Shown piece after piece: positions 1-9,411 of a stretch of 64,000 nucleotides of DNA. The stretch is from NCBI GenBank assembly GCA_050290185.1, contig JBNKHE010000001.1, positions 674,713-738,712 of the forward strand, given 5' to 3'. The notes under the pieces were generated by a model. The model did no database searches. It was not told the DNA's origin and saw only the letters and a list, made by a program, of their open reading frames with translations. Every line of letters begins with the position of its first letter. Positions within the stretch are counted from its first letter, which is position 1. The position numbers and the translations under genes were made by a program. This DNA is from Pontiella sp. (GTDB lineage Bacteria > Verrucomicrobiota > Kiritimatiellia > Kiritimatiellales > Pontiellaceae).

Positions 1-51
1 GAAGCATTCCTTTCTTTGAGTCCTTCGTGACTTAGTGTTAAATATTCATTC

Positions 52-747
52 ATGGATTCAGAGATAAAAATCAGGCCGATTGGAGTGATCCGGTCGTGCT
101 ACGGTGAAAAGTTCGGCATTCCGCGCCAGCCGGGACTGGTAAAAAGCGCGACGGCAGCATTGGATCTTATCCCGCCGTTCAACACAGTCGAAGCGCTGCG
201 CGGACTCGAGGCGTTTTCCCACGTCTGGATTCTGTTCGTGTTCCATCAGTCGATTCAGGATTCGTGGAAAGCGACCGTGCGGCCGCCGCGGCTGGGCGGA
301 AATGAGCGGGTCGGCGTTTTTGCTTCACGCTCGAACTTTCGCCCCAATCCTATCGGGTTGTCGGTCGTGGAACTGCTGGATATCGATGGGACCACGCTGA
401 AGCTCGGCGGCGGCGATTTTCTGGATGGCACACCGGTGCTGGACATCAAACCGTATATTCCCTACGTCGACAGCATGCCCGAGGCAAAGGGTGCGTTTGC
501 TTCATCTGCACCAGAAGCGGTCAACGCGGTTGATTTCATGCCCGAAGCAGAATGCGCGGTGGAGAAACTCGAAAACAAAGACCGCCCTGCCCTGCGTCAA
601 CTGATCTGCGACATGCTGGCCTATAATCCGCGTCCGGCCTATCAGAACGATGACCCGGATCGTATCTTCGGAACCCGCCTGTTTGACCTCGAAGTCCGAT
701 GGAAACAGGCGGAGAACAAGATTACGGTAGTGGAGATTAAAAGGTAG
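52..747 (+). CDS. trmO: tRNA (N6-threonylcarbamoyladenosine(37)-N6)-methyltransferase TrmO/TsaA
   Basis: KFGIPRQPGL, TVRPPRLGGNERVGVFASRSNFRPNPIGLS and DGTPVLDIKPY motifs typical of YaeB/TsaA. Confidence 0.95.
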   Translation: MDSEIKIRPIGVIRSCYGEKFGIPRQPGLVKSATAALDLIPPFNTVEALRGLEAFSHVWILFVFHQSIQDSWKATVRPPRLGGNERVGVFASRSNFRPNPIGLSVVELLDIDGTTLKLGGGDFLDGTPVLDIKPYIPYVDSMPEAKGAFASSAPEAVNAVDFMPEAECAVEKLENKDRPALRQLICDMLAYNPRPAYQNDDPDRIFGTRLFDLEVRWKQAENKITVVEIKR

Positions 748-798
748 GGCGGAGCGGCCCCACTCTGCCGCGGACGACCGAGGTCAGTCCTTCCTACC
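743..798. repeat. REP-like palindrome (GGTAG...CTACC), family A
   Basis: GGTAGGGCGG...GCGGACGACCGAGGTCAGTCCTTCCTACC between convergent trmO and dctM; related copies at 28528-28579 and 29567-29614. Confidence 0.6.
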
Positions 799-2322
799 CT
801 ATTCCACTGGTTTTGTATCGTTGGCGTCAGCTTCCTTCGGCGCATTCATGAAGGTGGCCTTGTCGACATCGACCTGCTTGATCTGCTTGGTTTGCAGCGG
901 CAGCCAGAGCGACGTGGCAGGGATATAGGTAATCACCATCAGCGAAGCGATCATGGCGCCGAAGAACGGCAACATGGTCTTCGTGACCTTCGCGATCGTT
1001 GTCTTTCCCACCCCGCACCCAATGAACAGACAGGTGCCAACCGGAGGCGTGCAAAGGCCGATGCAGAGATTGGTAATCATCATGATGCCGAAGTGCACTT
1101 CGTGCATGCCAAGTTCCTTGACGACCGGCAGAAAAATGGGCGTAAAAATCAGGACCGCAGGCGTCATGTCCATGAACGTCCCAACGAACAGCAGCAGCAC
1201 ATTGATGGTAAGCAGGATGACGATCGGATTATCGGAAAGACCGAGCAATGCATCACTCACGGTTTGCGGAATGTTGGCCATGGTCATGATCCAGCTCATG
1301 CCCGAGCTGGCGCCGATGAGCAGCATGACGATCGCGGTCGTAATCCCGGTCTGTAGCAACAGTTCCGGTATTTCCTTCAGCTTGATTTCGCGATAGACCA
1401 CCACCGAAAGGAAGAAGGCGTAAACCACCGCGATGGCGGCGGCTTCCGTTGCCGTGAACACCCCTTTCAGAATACCACCGATCACAATCAGGATCAGCAG
1501 CAGGGTCAGAAAGGCCCGGCGGAAGGTCGTGAAGCAGGCGCAACAGGTTATGGAGATTAAAGCAAACCAGATCAGCCCATTGCCGAGATGCATGGAGCCC
1601 ACATTGACGCCTATATCCGCTATTCCCTTTTTCGACAGAAGAATGGACAGGATGATGATTCCAACAATCCCCGTCGCCGCGACCGGCTTCCAATGCGGCA
1701 TTTCGATGACATCGCCGCGGTAGCCGGAAAAAACGGAAATGATACCGGCCACGAGCATGATGAACAGCCCCATGATGATCCCGGGGATAAAGCCTGCCAT
1801 GAACATGGCGGCGATCGACACCGATCCAGCGGCCACAGAGTAGACAATCATGATGTTGCTGGGTGGAATCAGCAAACCGGTCGTGGCAGCCGTAGTGGTA
1901 ACGGCGACGTTGAATTCGCGGCCATAGCCCTTGCGGTTCATTTCCGGAATCATAAAACCGCCGACCGAGGAAACTGCGGCCGCAGCCGAGCCGGAGATGG
2001 ATCCGAACAGCATGCAGGTGAGCGTATTGACATACCCGAGCCCCCCCGGAAGGCGGCCAACCAGCGTGGCGGCAAAATCAATCAAACGCCGGGCAAGACC
2101 GCCCCGTCCCATCAGATGGCCTGAGAGAATGAAGAACGGTATGGCCAGCAGCGCAAAGCTGTTAACCCCGTTCGCCATTTTACTGGCAATGACGATGGTG
2201 GGATCCGAGCCCGCAGCGACCACAGCAAAGAACGAGGCCAGGGCAATCGATACCGCGATCGGCACATTCATGACCAGCAGCAAAATGAAAACAGCAACGA
2301 GGATGATAGCGACCATACCCAT
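799..2322 (-). CDS. dctM: TRAP transporter large permease DctM
   Basis: LLAIPFFILSG, FGSISGSAAA, LIPPS, FTATEAAA, IGLCTPPVG motifs; start overlaps dctQ stop. Confidence 0.95.
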   Translation of the reverse strand: MGMVAIILVAVFILLLVMNVPIAVSIALASFFAVVAAGSDPTIVIASKMANGVNSFALLAIPFFILSGHLMGRGGLARRLIDFAATLVGRLPGGLGYVNTLTCMLFGSISGSAAAAVSSVGGFMIPEMNRKGYGREFNVAVTTTAATTGLLIPPSNIMIVYSVAAGSVSIAAMFMAGFIPGIIMGLFIMLVAGIISVFSGYRGDVIEMPHWKPVAATGIVGIIILSILLSKKGIADIGVNVGSMHLGNGLIWFALISITCCACFTTFRRAFLTLLLILIVIGGILKGVFTATEAAAIAVVYAFFLSVVVYREIKLKEIPELLLQTGITTAIVMLLIGASSGMSWIMTMANIPQTVSDALLGLSDNPIVILLTINVLLLFVGTFMDMTPAVLIFTPIFLPVVKELGMHEVHFGIMMITNLCIGLCTPPVGTCLFIGCGVGKTTIAKVTKTMLPFFGAMIASLMVITYIPATSLWLPLQTKQIKQVDVDKATFMNAPKEADANDTKPVE

Positions 2323-2849
2323 CAGTCCACCTCCGATGCTGACTCCGGCTCATGCAGTTCCGACGCGGGAGTAAGCAACGTTTCGATGAGATTCTCGAGG
2401 GTGTAGATCACCATGAAAACACCGGAAATCGGAAGCGCCATATAGACATAGCCCATCAGCCATGGCAGCGCCGAAGTCCTTTGCTCCATGGCAAGCGCAT
2501 CCGCTACCACCCGCCAGCCCCCGTAAACAAAGATCGACCCGGCAAAAAAGAGCACCACCAGATGGGCGAACACCGCCATGAGCTTGCGGGCGTCGGGATC
2601 AAACTTGCCGACAAAATAATCGACGCCCAAATGGCCTTTAGTGCCAAACGCCACCGCGCCGCCGAGCAGCGATACCCAGATCAGGAGAAAGCGCGCCAGC
2701 TCTTCGGTCCATTTCGCCTGCTCGCCCATGACGTAGCGCGTGAAGACCCCCCAGACCACATCAATGACCAGTGCGAATACCGCAATGATCAACCCCCAAT
2801 TGAGAACGGTGGTCATTCCCTTCCTGAATTTAACCAGAGCGGTCAGCAT
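2322..2849 (-). CDS. dctQ: TRAP transporter small permease DctQ
   Basis: Four TM segments, WTEELARFLLIW and HLGVD motifs; lies between dctP and dctM. Confidence 0.93.
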   Translation of the reverse strand: MLTALVKFRKGMTTVLNWGLIIAVFALVIDVVWGVFTRYVMGEQAKWTEELARFLLIWVSLLGGAVAFGTKGHLGVDYFVGKFDPDARKLMAVFAHLVVLFFAGSIFVYGGWRVVADALAMEQRTSALPWLMGYVYMALPISGVFMVIYTLENLIETLLTPASELHEPESASEVD

Positions 2850-3868
2850 TACTTCACCTCGGAAATCTGTTTGAGCAGTTCGCGGACTTCAGGATTCTCG
2901 ACATTCCGAAGCATGGGTTGAACCTTGGCCGCGAATGCCGCGGTATCGACCTTGTACACCGTAACGCCTTCCGCCTTGGCCTGTTCGAGTGCTTCAACGG
3001 TTTTTTCCTGCCATAGCTTGCGTTCATATTCCGATGATTCATCGGCCGCCTGCTGAACCCACGCCTTAACCTGAGGATCAAGCTTGTCCCATACCTTCGT
3101 ACTCATGATCAACATGTCCGGAATGCGGGTATGTCCATCGAGGGTGAAATGTTTGCAGACCTCGTAGTGCTTATTGGAAGTGAAGCTGGGCGGATTGTTT
3201 TCGGCACCATCAACCGCCCCCTGTGCCAGCGCGGAATAAAGCTCGCCCCACGCAATCGGCGTCGGGGCCCCGCCCATCGCCTTGACCATGTCGATGGCAG
3301 TTTTACTGTTCATGACGCGAATCTTGAGGCCCTTCAGATCATCCGGTGTGCGGATCGGTGTATCCTTGGTGTAGAAGTTCCGGCTTCCGGCATCGTAGTA
3401 GCAAAGCCCGTACAAAAACTTGGATTGCCCTTTTTCGAGCAACTGTTTTCCGATCGGGCCGTTGATGACCTTCCAGTAGTGGTCGTTATCACGAAAGATG
3501 TAGGGCAGTCCAAAAACAGCCATGGATGGAATAAAGTTTTCCATGGCAGCGGCCGAGGTCTTGGTCATTGCCAGCGTTCCGTTCTGCAACATTTCAATGC
3601 ATTGGGTTTCAGAACCCAGGACCGAACTCGGATAGATATTAATGGTCACGGTTCCCCCGGAAAGTTCCTCCAGCCGGGTTTTCATAAACTCCATGGCCTT
3701 GTGCACCGGATGCCCGGTGTCGAGACTGTGCGCCAGCTTGAGAACCAGTTGGTTTCCGCCTCCTTTACCACTATTGATCTGGGCCCGTTGGCTGAGCGAA
3801 AAACCGGCTGCGGCAAGAAAGGCACCTACGAGAACCCCCCCCACAAAAAACGACGCTGATTTAGTCAT
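2849..3868 (-). CDS. dctP: TRAP substrate-binding protein DctP
   Basis: LKLAH, DLKGLKIRVM, WGELYSALAQGAVDGAENN motifs; N-terminal hydrophobic leader. Confidence 0.95.
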   Translation of the reverse strand: MTKSASFFVGGVLVGAFLAAAGFSLSQRAQINSGKGGGNQLVLKLAHSLDTGHPVHKAMEFMKTRLEELSGGTVTINIYPSSVLGSETQCIEMLQNGTLAMTKTSAAAMENFIPSMAVFGLPYIFRDNDHYWKVINGPIGKQLLEKGQSKFLYGLCYYDAGSRNFYTKDTPIRTPDDLKGLKIRVMNSKTAIDMVKAMGGAPTPIAWGELYSALAQGAVDGAENNPPSFTSNKHYEVCKHFTLDGHTRIPDMLIMSTKVWDKLDPQVKAWVQQAADESSEYERKLWQEKTVEALEQAKAEGVTVYKVDTAAFAAKVQPMLRNVENPEVRELLKQISEVK

Positions 3869-3893
3869 AAGCTTCCCTTTCCCCTACATATGT

Positions 3894-5219
3894 TTACGGT
3901 TGCTCCAGCACAAGTCCCACGATGTCGCAATCGTATTTCTTGTATGTCTCATAATCCCCTCGCAACCAGACCAGCACCTGGTACCCATCGCCCGCCACGA
4001 TAATCGGACGAAGGTTGCGCTTATCCGAACCCGCTGTAATCGGCTTCCATCGAATCGAATGGATATTGTCATCGGCATCGACCTTCGCCACATAGATTTC
4101 GTGCTGCCCCCCCAGATCCTTTCCGGTTCCGGGATCAACATCGGTTGAAATGGCCACTTTGGTCGGATCGACAGGATCCAGCGCAATCAGACCGGTATAA
4201 CTGCTTTCCGCCGTATAGAGGCATTTCCCGCCATAGGCCACTTCGCGGTCGATCCAGCGCTTGCCATTCCATGATGCCATGCGGTAGCGGTGGTCATCGT
4301 TGCTCAGATACAGCGTATAGCCGAGGTGCGGATTCCCTGCCGCATCAGCGGCCATGGCACAGCACCAGGCACTATCGGGAACGCTTTCAAATCCCTCGGG
4401 CTTTTTCTTCGTTTCGCTCCCGCGATAGATGCACTCGGCTTCGGACGGCTTGAGCGGTCCATCTGCCAGATCCTTGATTTTTTTCCCGTTGGCTTGATAA
4501 AATGAGCCGCCCCGGAACTCGGCATAATACAGGTTGTTGCCATACTGCCGGGGGTGCGCATCCGTGAAGGAAACCCCAACGGTATTGGCATCGCGCTGCA
4601 GGTACCGGGCATAGGGACGCTGCCAACCCAGCTCATCGGTAATAAAGTGCGTGCGGTTGCCCCAGGTTTTGCCCTGGTCCGCAGAGGTTATGAACGACGG
4701 ATTGATGTTCATGCCATCCCGGAAAAAGTTATAGAGCACCCCCTCGTCTTCCATGTAGAAGAGGTTCATGTAGGTGACGCCCCAGCCCCCTTCATATTCA
4801 TGAACGAACTCCTGTTCCGCACTCCATTTGAGATAGTTGTCGGGATCGGAAATCCGATAGCGATGGATATGGTCGTTGGCATGCCTGGTATAGACCGCAA
4901 GGATGCTTCCATCGGGACGGGCATAAAGTGCCGGCGCATCGTGGTCGTCGGCCTCAAAGGCTCCGTGCAACACAACCGTGCCGAGGTTTTTTCCGTTTTC
5001 GAGATCATAGATGCCGACTTTGACATCACCGTTTTGGCCGTCGATTCCGCCCACAATCAGCTTTCCGTTTGCGATGATGGCACGCGGATCCTGGTACCAG
5101 CACCAGCCGGCATCCTTCATAAAGGTGATGGATTCTGTATCGAGATCTGCCGGGCTGGCCGCCAGGCAACCTGACAGTAACCCAAGCATAGCCACCAATA
5201 TTGATGTAACACACTTCAT
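3894..5219 (-). CDS. BNR-4 repeat beta-propeller lipoprotein, candidate polysaccharide lyase or glycosidase
   Basis: Start moved to ATG 5219 (GGGAG RBS upstream); LSGC lipobox; WCWYQDPRA, DDHDAPAL, Asp-box SADQGKTW, RPY and TDAHPR motifs. Confidence 0.75.
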   Translation of the reverse strand: MKCVTSILVAMLGLLSGCLAASPADLDTESITFMKDAGWCWYQDPRAIIANGKLIVGGIDGQNGDVKVGIYDLENGKNLGTVVLHGAFEADDHDAPALYARPDGSILAVYTRHANDHIHRYRISDPDNYLKWSAEQEFVHEYEGGWGVTYMNLFYMEDEGVLYNFFRDGMNINPSFITSADQGKTWGNRTHFITDELGWQRPYARYLQRDANTVGVSFTDAHPRQYGNNLYYAEFRGGSFYQANGKKIKDLADGPLKPSEAECIYRGSETKKKPEGFESVPDSAWCCAMAADAAGNPHLGYTLYLSNDDHRYRMASWNGKRWIDREVAYGGKCLYTAESSYTGLIALDPVDPTKVAISTDVDPGTGKDLGGQHEIYVAKVDADDNIHSIRWKPITAGSDKRNLRPIIVAGDGYQVLVWLRGDYETYKKYDCDIVGLVLEQP

Positions 5220-5332
5220 CAACACATCTCCCGCAAACATACTCAAACGATAAAGGAAAGAACAATGCACAATACACATGCCCAAACCCAAATCAATATT
5301 TTATCGAGTCTACCACAGAGGAGAAAAGGTGC

Positions 5333-5365
5333 AAAAAAACGGCGCCGGAAATTCCGGCGCCGTTT
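5333..5365 (-). terminator. Intrinsic terminator after the kduD-like gene
   Basis: AAACGGCGCCGG-AATTT-CCGGCGCCGTTT hairpin followed by a T run on the minus strand. Confidence 0.85.
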
Positions 5366-5386
5366 GCACTGACCGATCGAAGTGAT

Positions 5387-6184
5387 TTACACGTCGTTTT
5401 CGCCTTTTACGTAGCCAAAGTTGGCCAGAATACCGCCGTCCACATAGAGGATGTGGCCGTTGACGAAATCTGCCGCCTTGGAAGACAGAAAGAGTGCGGC
5501 ATTGCCGATATCTTCCGGCTCGCCCCAGCGGGCGGCAGGCGTACGCATCATCACCAAATCGTTGAACGGATGGCCGCCTTCGCGGATCGGAGCCGTCTGC
5601 GCCGTAGCGATGTAGCCCGGCCCGATGCCGTTGACCTGGATGTTGTGCTTGGCCCATTCGCAGCACATGTTGGCAGTCAGCAGCTTCAGCCCGCCTTTGG
5701 CAGAGGCGTAGGCGGAAACCGAGTTGCGGCCATACACGCTCATCATGGAGCACATGTTGATAATCTTGCCGCCGCCCTTCTTGATCATGTTTGGCGCAAC
5801 GCGCTTGCCGACGATGAACGGAGCGATGAGGTCGACGTCGATGACCATCTTGTAATCTTCAACCGGCATGTCGAGAATCGGCACGCGCTTGATGATGCCG
5901 GCATTGTTGACGAGGATATCGATCGTGCCGACATCCTGCTCAATCTTCGAAATGCCCGCATCCACTTCTGCTTCGTCGGTTACGTTAAATTTAACCGTGT
6001 AGGCATCGATGCCGTTAGCCGCGTATTCGACCTTGGCGGATTCCAGCTTGGAATCGTCGATGTCGTTTACGCAGATTTTTGCGCCGGCCTTGCCCAGTAC
6101 CGTTCCAACGGCCATGCCGATGCCGTGCGTTCCGCCGGTAACCAATACCACCTTGTCCTTAATATCAAACAGTTCCTGAATCAT
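5387..6184 (-). CDS. kduD: SDR of the gluconate 5-dehydrogenase / 2-keto-3-deoxygluconate dehydrogenase type (KduD role)
   Basis: TGGTHGIG, NNAGI, YASAK, NGIGPGY; directly downstream of kduI; start at ATG 6184 with GGAG RBS. Confidence 0.82.
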   Translation of the reverse strand: MIQELFDIKDKVVLVTGGTHGIGMAVGTVLGKAGAKICVNDIDDSKLESAKVEYAANGIDAYTVKFNVTDEAEVDAGISKIEQDVGTIDILVNNAGIIKRVPILDMPVEDYKMVIDVDLIAPFIVGKRVAPNMIKKGGGKIINMCSMMSVYGRNSVSAYASAKGGLKLLTANMCCEWAKHNIQVNGIGPGYIATAQTAPIREGGHPFNDLVMMRTPAARWGEPEDIGNAALFLSSKAADFVNGHILYVDGGILANFGYVKGENDV

Positions 6185-6295
6185 GATTTTCTCCTTATTT
6201 TCCAGACATGGGAGGCAAGGCGCCAGGCACAAGTGAAATGCTTGATGCGGATACCCTGTCCTCCCCCCGGTTGCCTTATGCTTATTTACTAATGC

Positions 6296-7123
6296 CTATT
6301 TGAGATCAGCGACCTGGATATGATCCATATCGTCGAACCGCTGGTTTTCGCCGCCCATCGCCCAACAGAAGGTATAGGCGCGCGTTCCGCAACCCGAGTG
6401 GATCGACCACATCGGCGAAATAACCGCCTGTTCGTTGGCCACGGCAATGTGGCGGGTTTCTTCGCCCGGCCCCATGAAGTGGAATACCTTGGAGGTTTCT
6501 TCCAAGCCAAAATACATATAGACCTCGGTACGGCGCTCGTGGGTATGGCACGGCATGGTGTTCCAGACACTGCCCGGCTCCAACGCCGTGAAGCCCATCA
6601 CGAGCTGGCAGCTCTTGATGCCGTTTTCATGAATGTACTGGTAGATCGTGCGCTTGTTGGAATCTTCCAGCGAACCCAGGTTGATGGCATTGGCATCGGC
6701 CTTCTTGGCCTGCGTGGTCGGGTATTCGGTATGCGCCGGATAGCTGACCATGTGGAAACGGGCCGGATTGGCAGCATCCACGCTGGAGAAGGAAATTTCC
6801 TTGCTTCCGCGACCGATGTAGAGACCGTCAAGGTTGTCCATGCTGTATTCAGTGCCGTCGACCGTAACCGTTCCAGTTGCCCCAATGTTCAGCACGCCGA
6901 TTTCGCGGCGCTGGCAGAAATAATCCGCCGCCAGCTCCTTGCCGGCTTCAAGCTTCAGCGTACTACTGGTTGGAACGGCCGCCCCGACAATCGAGCGCTC
7001 CACTTCGGTATAGAGCAGATTGAGCTTTCCTTCTTCGAACAGGCTGACCAGAAATGCGTCGCGCAGTTCCTGCGTGCTCATGCCTTTGTATTCGTTTTTT
7101 CCTACCGTGTATCTTACGTCCAT
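6296..7123 (-). CDS. kduI: 5-dehydro-4-deoxy-D-glucuronate isomerase
   Basis: RREIGVLNIG, SCQLVMG, WNTMPCHTHERRTEVYMYF, SPMWSIHSGCG, WAMGGEN. Confidence 0.97.
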   Translation of the reverse strand: MDVRYTVGKNEYKGMSTQELRDAFLVSLFEEGKLNLLYTEVERSIVGAAVPTSSTLKLEAGKELAADYFCQRREIGVLNIGATGTVTVDGTEYSMDNLDGLYIGRGSKEISFSSVDAANPARFHMVSYPAHTEYPTTQAKKADANAINLGSLEDSNKRTIYQYIHENGIKSCQLVMGFTALEPGSVWNTMPCHTHERRTEVYMYFGLEETSKVFHFMGPGEETRHIAVANEQAVISPMWSIHSGCGTRAYTFCWAMGGENQRFDDMDHIQVADLK

Positions 7124-7147
7124 TTTTTCTCCTTTGTATTCAAATCA

Positions 7148-8032
7148 CTACAGCTGCCTTGCAAACGTGTTCAGGTATTCCATCCAGTCCTTGTCGGTCT
7201 TGATTTCGCCGGCGCGCTCCCAGCCATAGCCCGACCACCAAGTGACCTGCCCCCTTTTGTCGGCCCTGGAAATAAAGAGCACATGGCTTGAATCCGGCTC
7301 ATCCGCTTCGTTCCGCTTGAATTTTTCAATGGAGCGGGGATCCATCACGACCCCGGTTCCAAGACCCGAGCCATCAATCGTTTCCCAGCATGCGAGCCAT
7401 CCTTTACGCATTTGGTGGTCGACCTCGGCCTTGCCATCGTGAGTACTCAAACCGATGGCAACCGGCAGGTTTTTCGCCAGCTCGCCATCCTTCCAGAACG
7501 TTGCTTCCGTCTTGAAGAGCCTGTCGCCCAATTTAATGGTCATGCGTTTGGTGAGCTTGTACTCGTTGCCGCCGTGCTCCCAGGCATAGTTCAGTTCGAA
7601 GATGGATTCCGCCGGCTCGCACTGTATCACCTTGTAGTCGGTGAAGGTTTCGGTCGTAACCAGCTCGCCGTCGATCCACAGGCCGATCCCCCCGCAACCA
7701 AGCGTACTGCCGACATGGTAGGGATCGTACCCTTCCCCATGGTCGGTATGGTAGGGCTTGCCGTCCTTGTCCTGCTTGTACCATTTGTCAATGATCGGAT
7801 AGTCCACGCGCTTAAGCCAGCAGTCGACTCCGCCGTTTTCATTCCCTTTACGCAGGGCCGGCCCGTAGGCGCGAAAGGCAACCTTGTCGTTTTCCCAGGC
7901 AAAGTCGTCCGAACGCTCGGGAACAAAACGACAGAAGGTGCGGGGCGATGTCTCTTCTGCACAGGCACTCGCCAGGGCCATCAGCCCGAAAGCCGCCACG
8001 GCGGCCATACAGTTTGCAGGTTTCTTTTTCAT
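7148..8032 (-). CDS. DUF4861-like secreted protein
   Basis: Signal peptide; RFVPERSDDFAWENDKVAFRAYGP, GVDCWLKR, DHGEGYDPYHVG-TLGCGG motifs; start at ATG 8032. Confidence 0.8.
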   Translation of the reverse strand: MKKKPANCMAAVAAFGLMALASACAEETSPRTFCRFVPERSDDFAWENDKVAFRAYGPALRKGNENGGVDCWLKRVDYPIIDKWYKQDKDGKPYHTDHGEGYDPYHVGSTLGCGGIGLWIDGELVTTETFTDYKVIQCEPAESIFELNYAWEHGGNEYKLTKRMTIKLGDRLFKTEATFWKDGELAKNLPVAIGLSTHDGKAEVDHQMRKGWLACWETIDGSGLGTGVVMDPRSIEKFKRNEADEPDSSHVLFISRADKRGQVTWWSGYGWERAGEIKTDKDWMEYLNTFARQL

Positions 8033-8094
8033 AGTCCCCCAATCTAATCCTCTCCACCGCCGGAGCAATTTGGATGTTCATTTATTTTTACTTT

Positions 8095-8110
8095 TGTTCA
8101 AATATGAACA
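8095..8110. promoter_or_regulatory. Candidate IclR operator TGTTCA-N4-TGAACA
   Basis: Perfect inverted repeat in the 88-bp divergent gap; extra half-sites at 8075-8080 and 8122-8127. Confidence 0.7.
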
Positions 8111-8120
8111 TCATATCCAT

Positions 8121-8882
8121 ATGAACAAATACCACATCCCCAATCTCGACAAGGCCTGCCAGGTGATCGAGCTCGTGGCCAGCACTCAGGGCGGATGCCC
8201 GCTGAAAGAGCTTTCCGCCCAACTTGATATTCCGCGCACAACCGCCCTGCGTATCGTGCAAACCTTGCAGGAACGAAATTTCCTGGCGCAAACCGGGGAT
8301 AAGTATTTTACGCCGGGAACGGCCTTGGTCCACCTGGGCGTGATGGCACTCGACAGCCTTGATATCCGCGGCTTTGCCCGTCCGGTTCTAAAGAAGCTAT
8401 CCCAAGAAACGGGGGAATCTTCCCATATCGCGATGTTGAATGGCGACAAATCGCTGCTTGTCGAGGTGTGCGACAGCCCCCACCCCATCCGGATCGCCTC
8501 CCGCCCCGGCACACTGGTGGACCTGCACTGTTCATCAACGGGAAAGGTATTCCTCGCCTTCAACATTCCCGAACCCTCGAAATTCTGCAGGACGCTGAAC
8601 CTGGTCGAACACACGGAAAACACCAGCACGACCATTGAAGAGGTTTTGGCCGACATTGAGCAAACCCGGAAACAAGGCTATGGCATCGATGAAGAGGAAT
8701 ATCTACCTGGCGCCCGCTGCATTGCCGCCCCCATCATGAACGCCTTCGGAAAAACCATTGCTGCCATCGGCATCACAGCTTCCACCAGCACTTTTACTAA
8801 AACCAAAATACCCACGATGAGCGCCCGTCTCAAAAAAGCCGCTGCAGAGATCTCCACCAGCATGGGCTTCAGCCACCAATAA
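8121..8882 (+). CDS. IclR-family transcriptional regulator (KdgR-like role)
   Basis: N-terminal HTH (LDIPRTTALRIVQTL), LHCSSTGK, GYGIDEEE..PGARCIAAPI; real start is ATG 8121, not 7884. Confidence 0.93.
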   Translation: MNKYHIPNLDKACQVIELVASTQGGCPLKELSAQLDIPRTTALRIVQTLQERNFLAQTGDKYFTPGTALVHLGVMALDSLDIRGFARPVLKKLSQETGESSHIAMLNGDKSLLVEVCDSPHPIRIASRPGTLVDLHCSSTGKVFLAFNIPEPSKFCRTLNLVEHTENTSTTIEEVLADIEQTRKQGYGIDEEEYLPGARCIAAPIMNAFGKTIAAIGITASTSTFTKTKIPTMSARLKKAAAEISTSMGFSHQ

Positions 8883-8901
8883 ACATCACCCCACAGCAAA
8901 C

Positions 8902-8926
8902 AAAAAGGCCGCTCCAACGAGCGGCC
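8902..8926 (-). terminator. Intrinsic terminator between convergent iclR and the thioredoxin genes
   Basis: GGCCGCTC-loop-GAGCGGCC hairpin with a T5 tail on the minus strand. Confidence 0.75.
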
Positions 8927-8952
8927 GGCATCTGTCGAAATGCAGAAGCTCT

Positions 8953-9411
8953 CTATTTGGAATCCCCGATCAGCTTTTTGATGTGCTCGACATACGCTTC
9001 CGCCCCGCCGGCCTGATAACCGGTTTTGGCGATAATATTTCCTTCAGGACTGATAATGAACATCGTTGGGAAACCGCGCACATTGAAACAGCGCGCCAGT
9101 TTTTCCTTTTGCTGAGAGGTTTCATCATTGGCGTTCAGTTCCTGAGAAAAATCCACAACCAGTACTATCAGGTTCTTTTCCACGTAATCCTGAAAAACCG
9201 AACTGGACGATACTTCCCTGTTGAATTTGATGCACCAGTCACACCAATCCGATCCGGTAAACTCCAAGAACAGGTATTTATCTTCCGCTTTCGACATTGC
9301 CAACGCGGCGCTGTAATCCGCATTATTAATTTTGCATACATCGCGATCTCGAAATAACACCGCAACCGCAACCAACCCCATCAATAACCCAACCAGCAGG
9401 ATCCGATTCAT
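8953..9411 (-). CDS. Membrane-anchored or exported thioredoxin-family protein (DsbH/SoxW-like)
   Basis: N-terminal hydrophobic segment, FTGSDWCDWC, cis-Pro motif GFPT. Confidence 0.88.
   Translation of the reverse strand: MNRILLVGLLMGLVAVAVLFRDRDVCKINNADYSAALAMSKAEDKYLFLEFTGSDWCDWCIKFNREVSSSSVFQDYVEKNLIVLVVDFSQELNANDETSQQKEKLARCFNVRGFPTMFIISPEGNIIAKTGYQAGGAEAYVEHIKKLIGDSK

Noticed and set aside
7884..8120. N-terminal extension of iclR (and the similar extensions of fbaA, kduD, pilD, rfbF and several GTs in the ORF track)
   Set aside because: They overlap neighbouring genes or promoters; downstream ATGs fit family N-termini better
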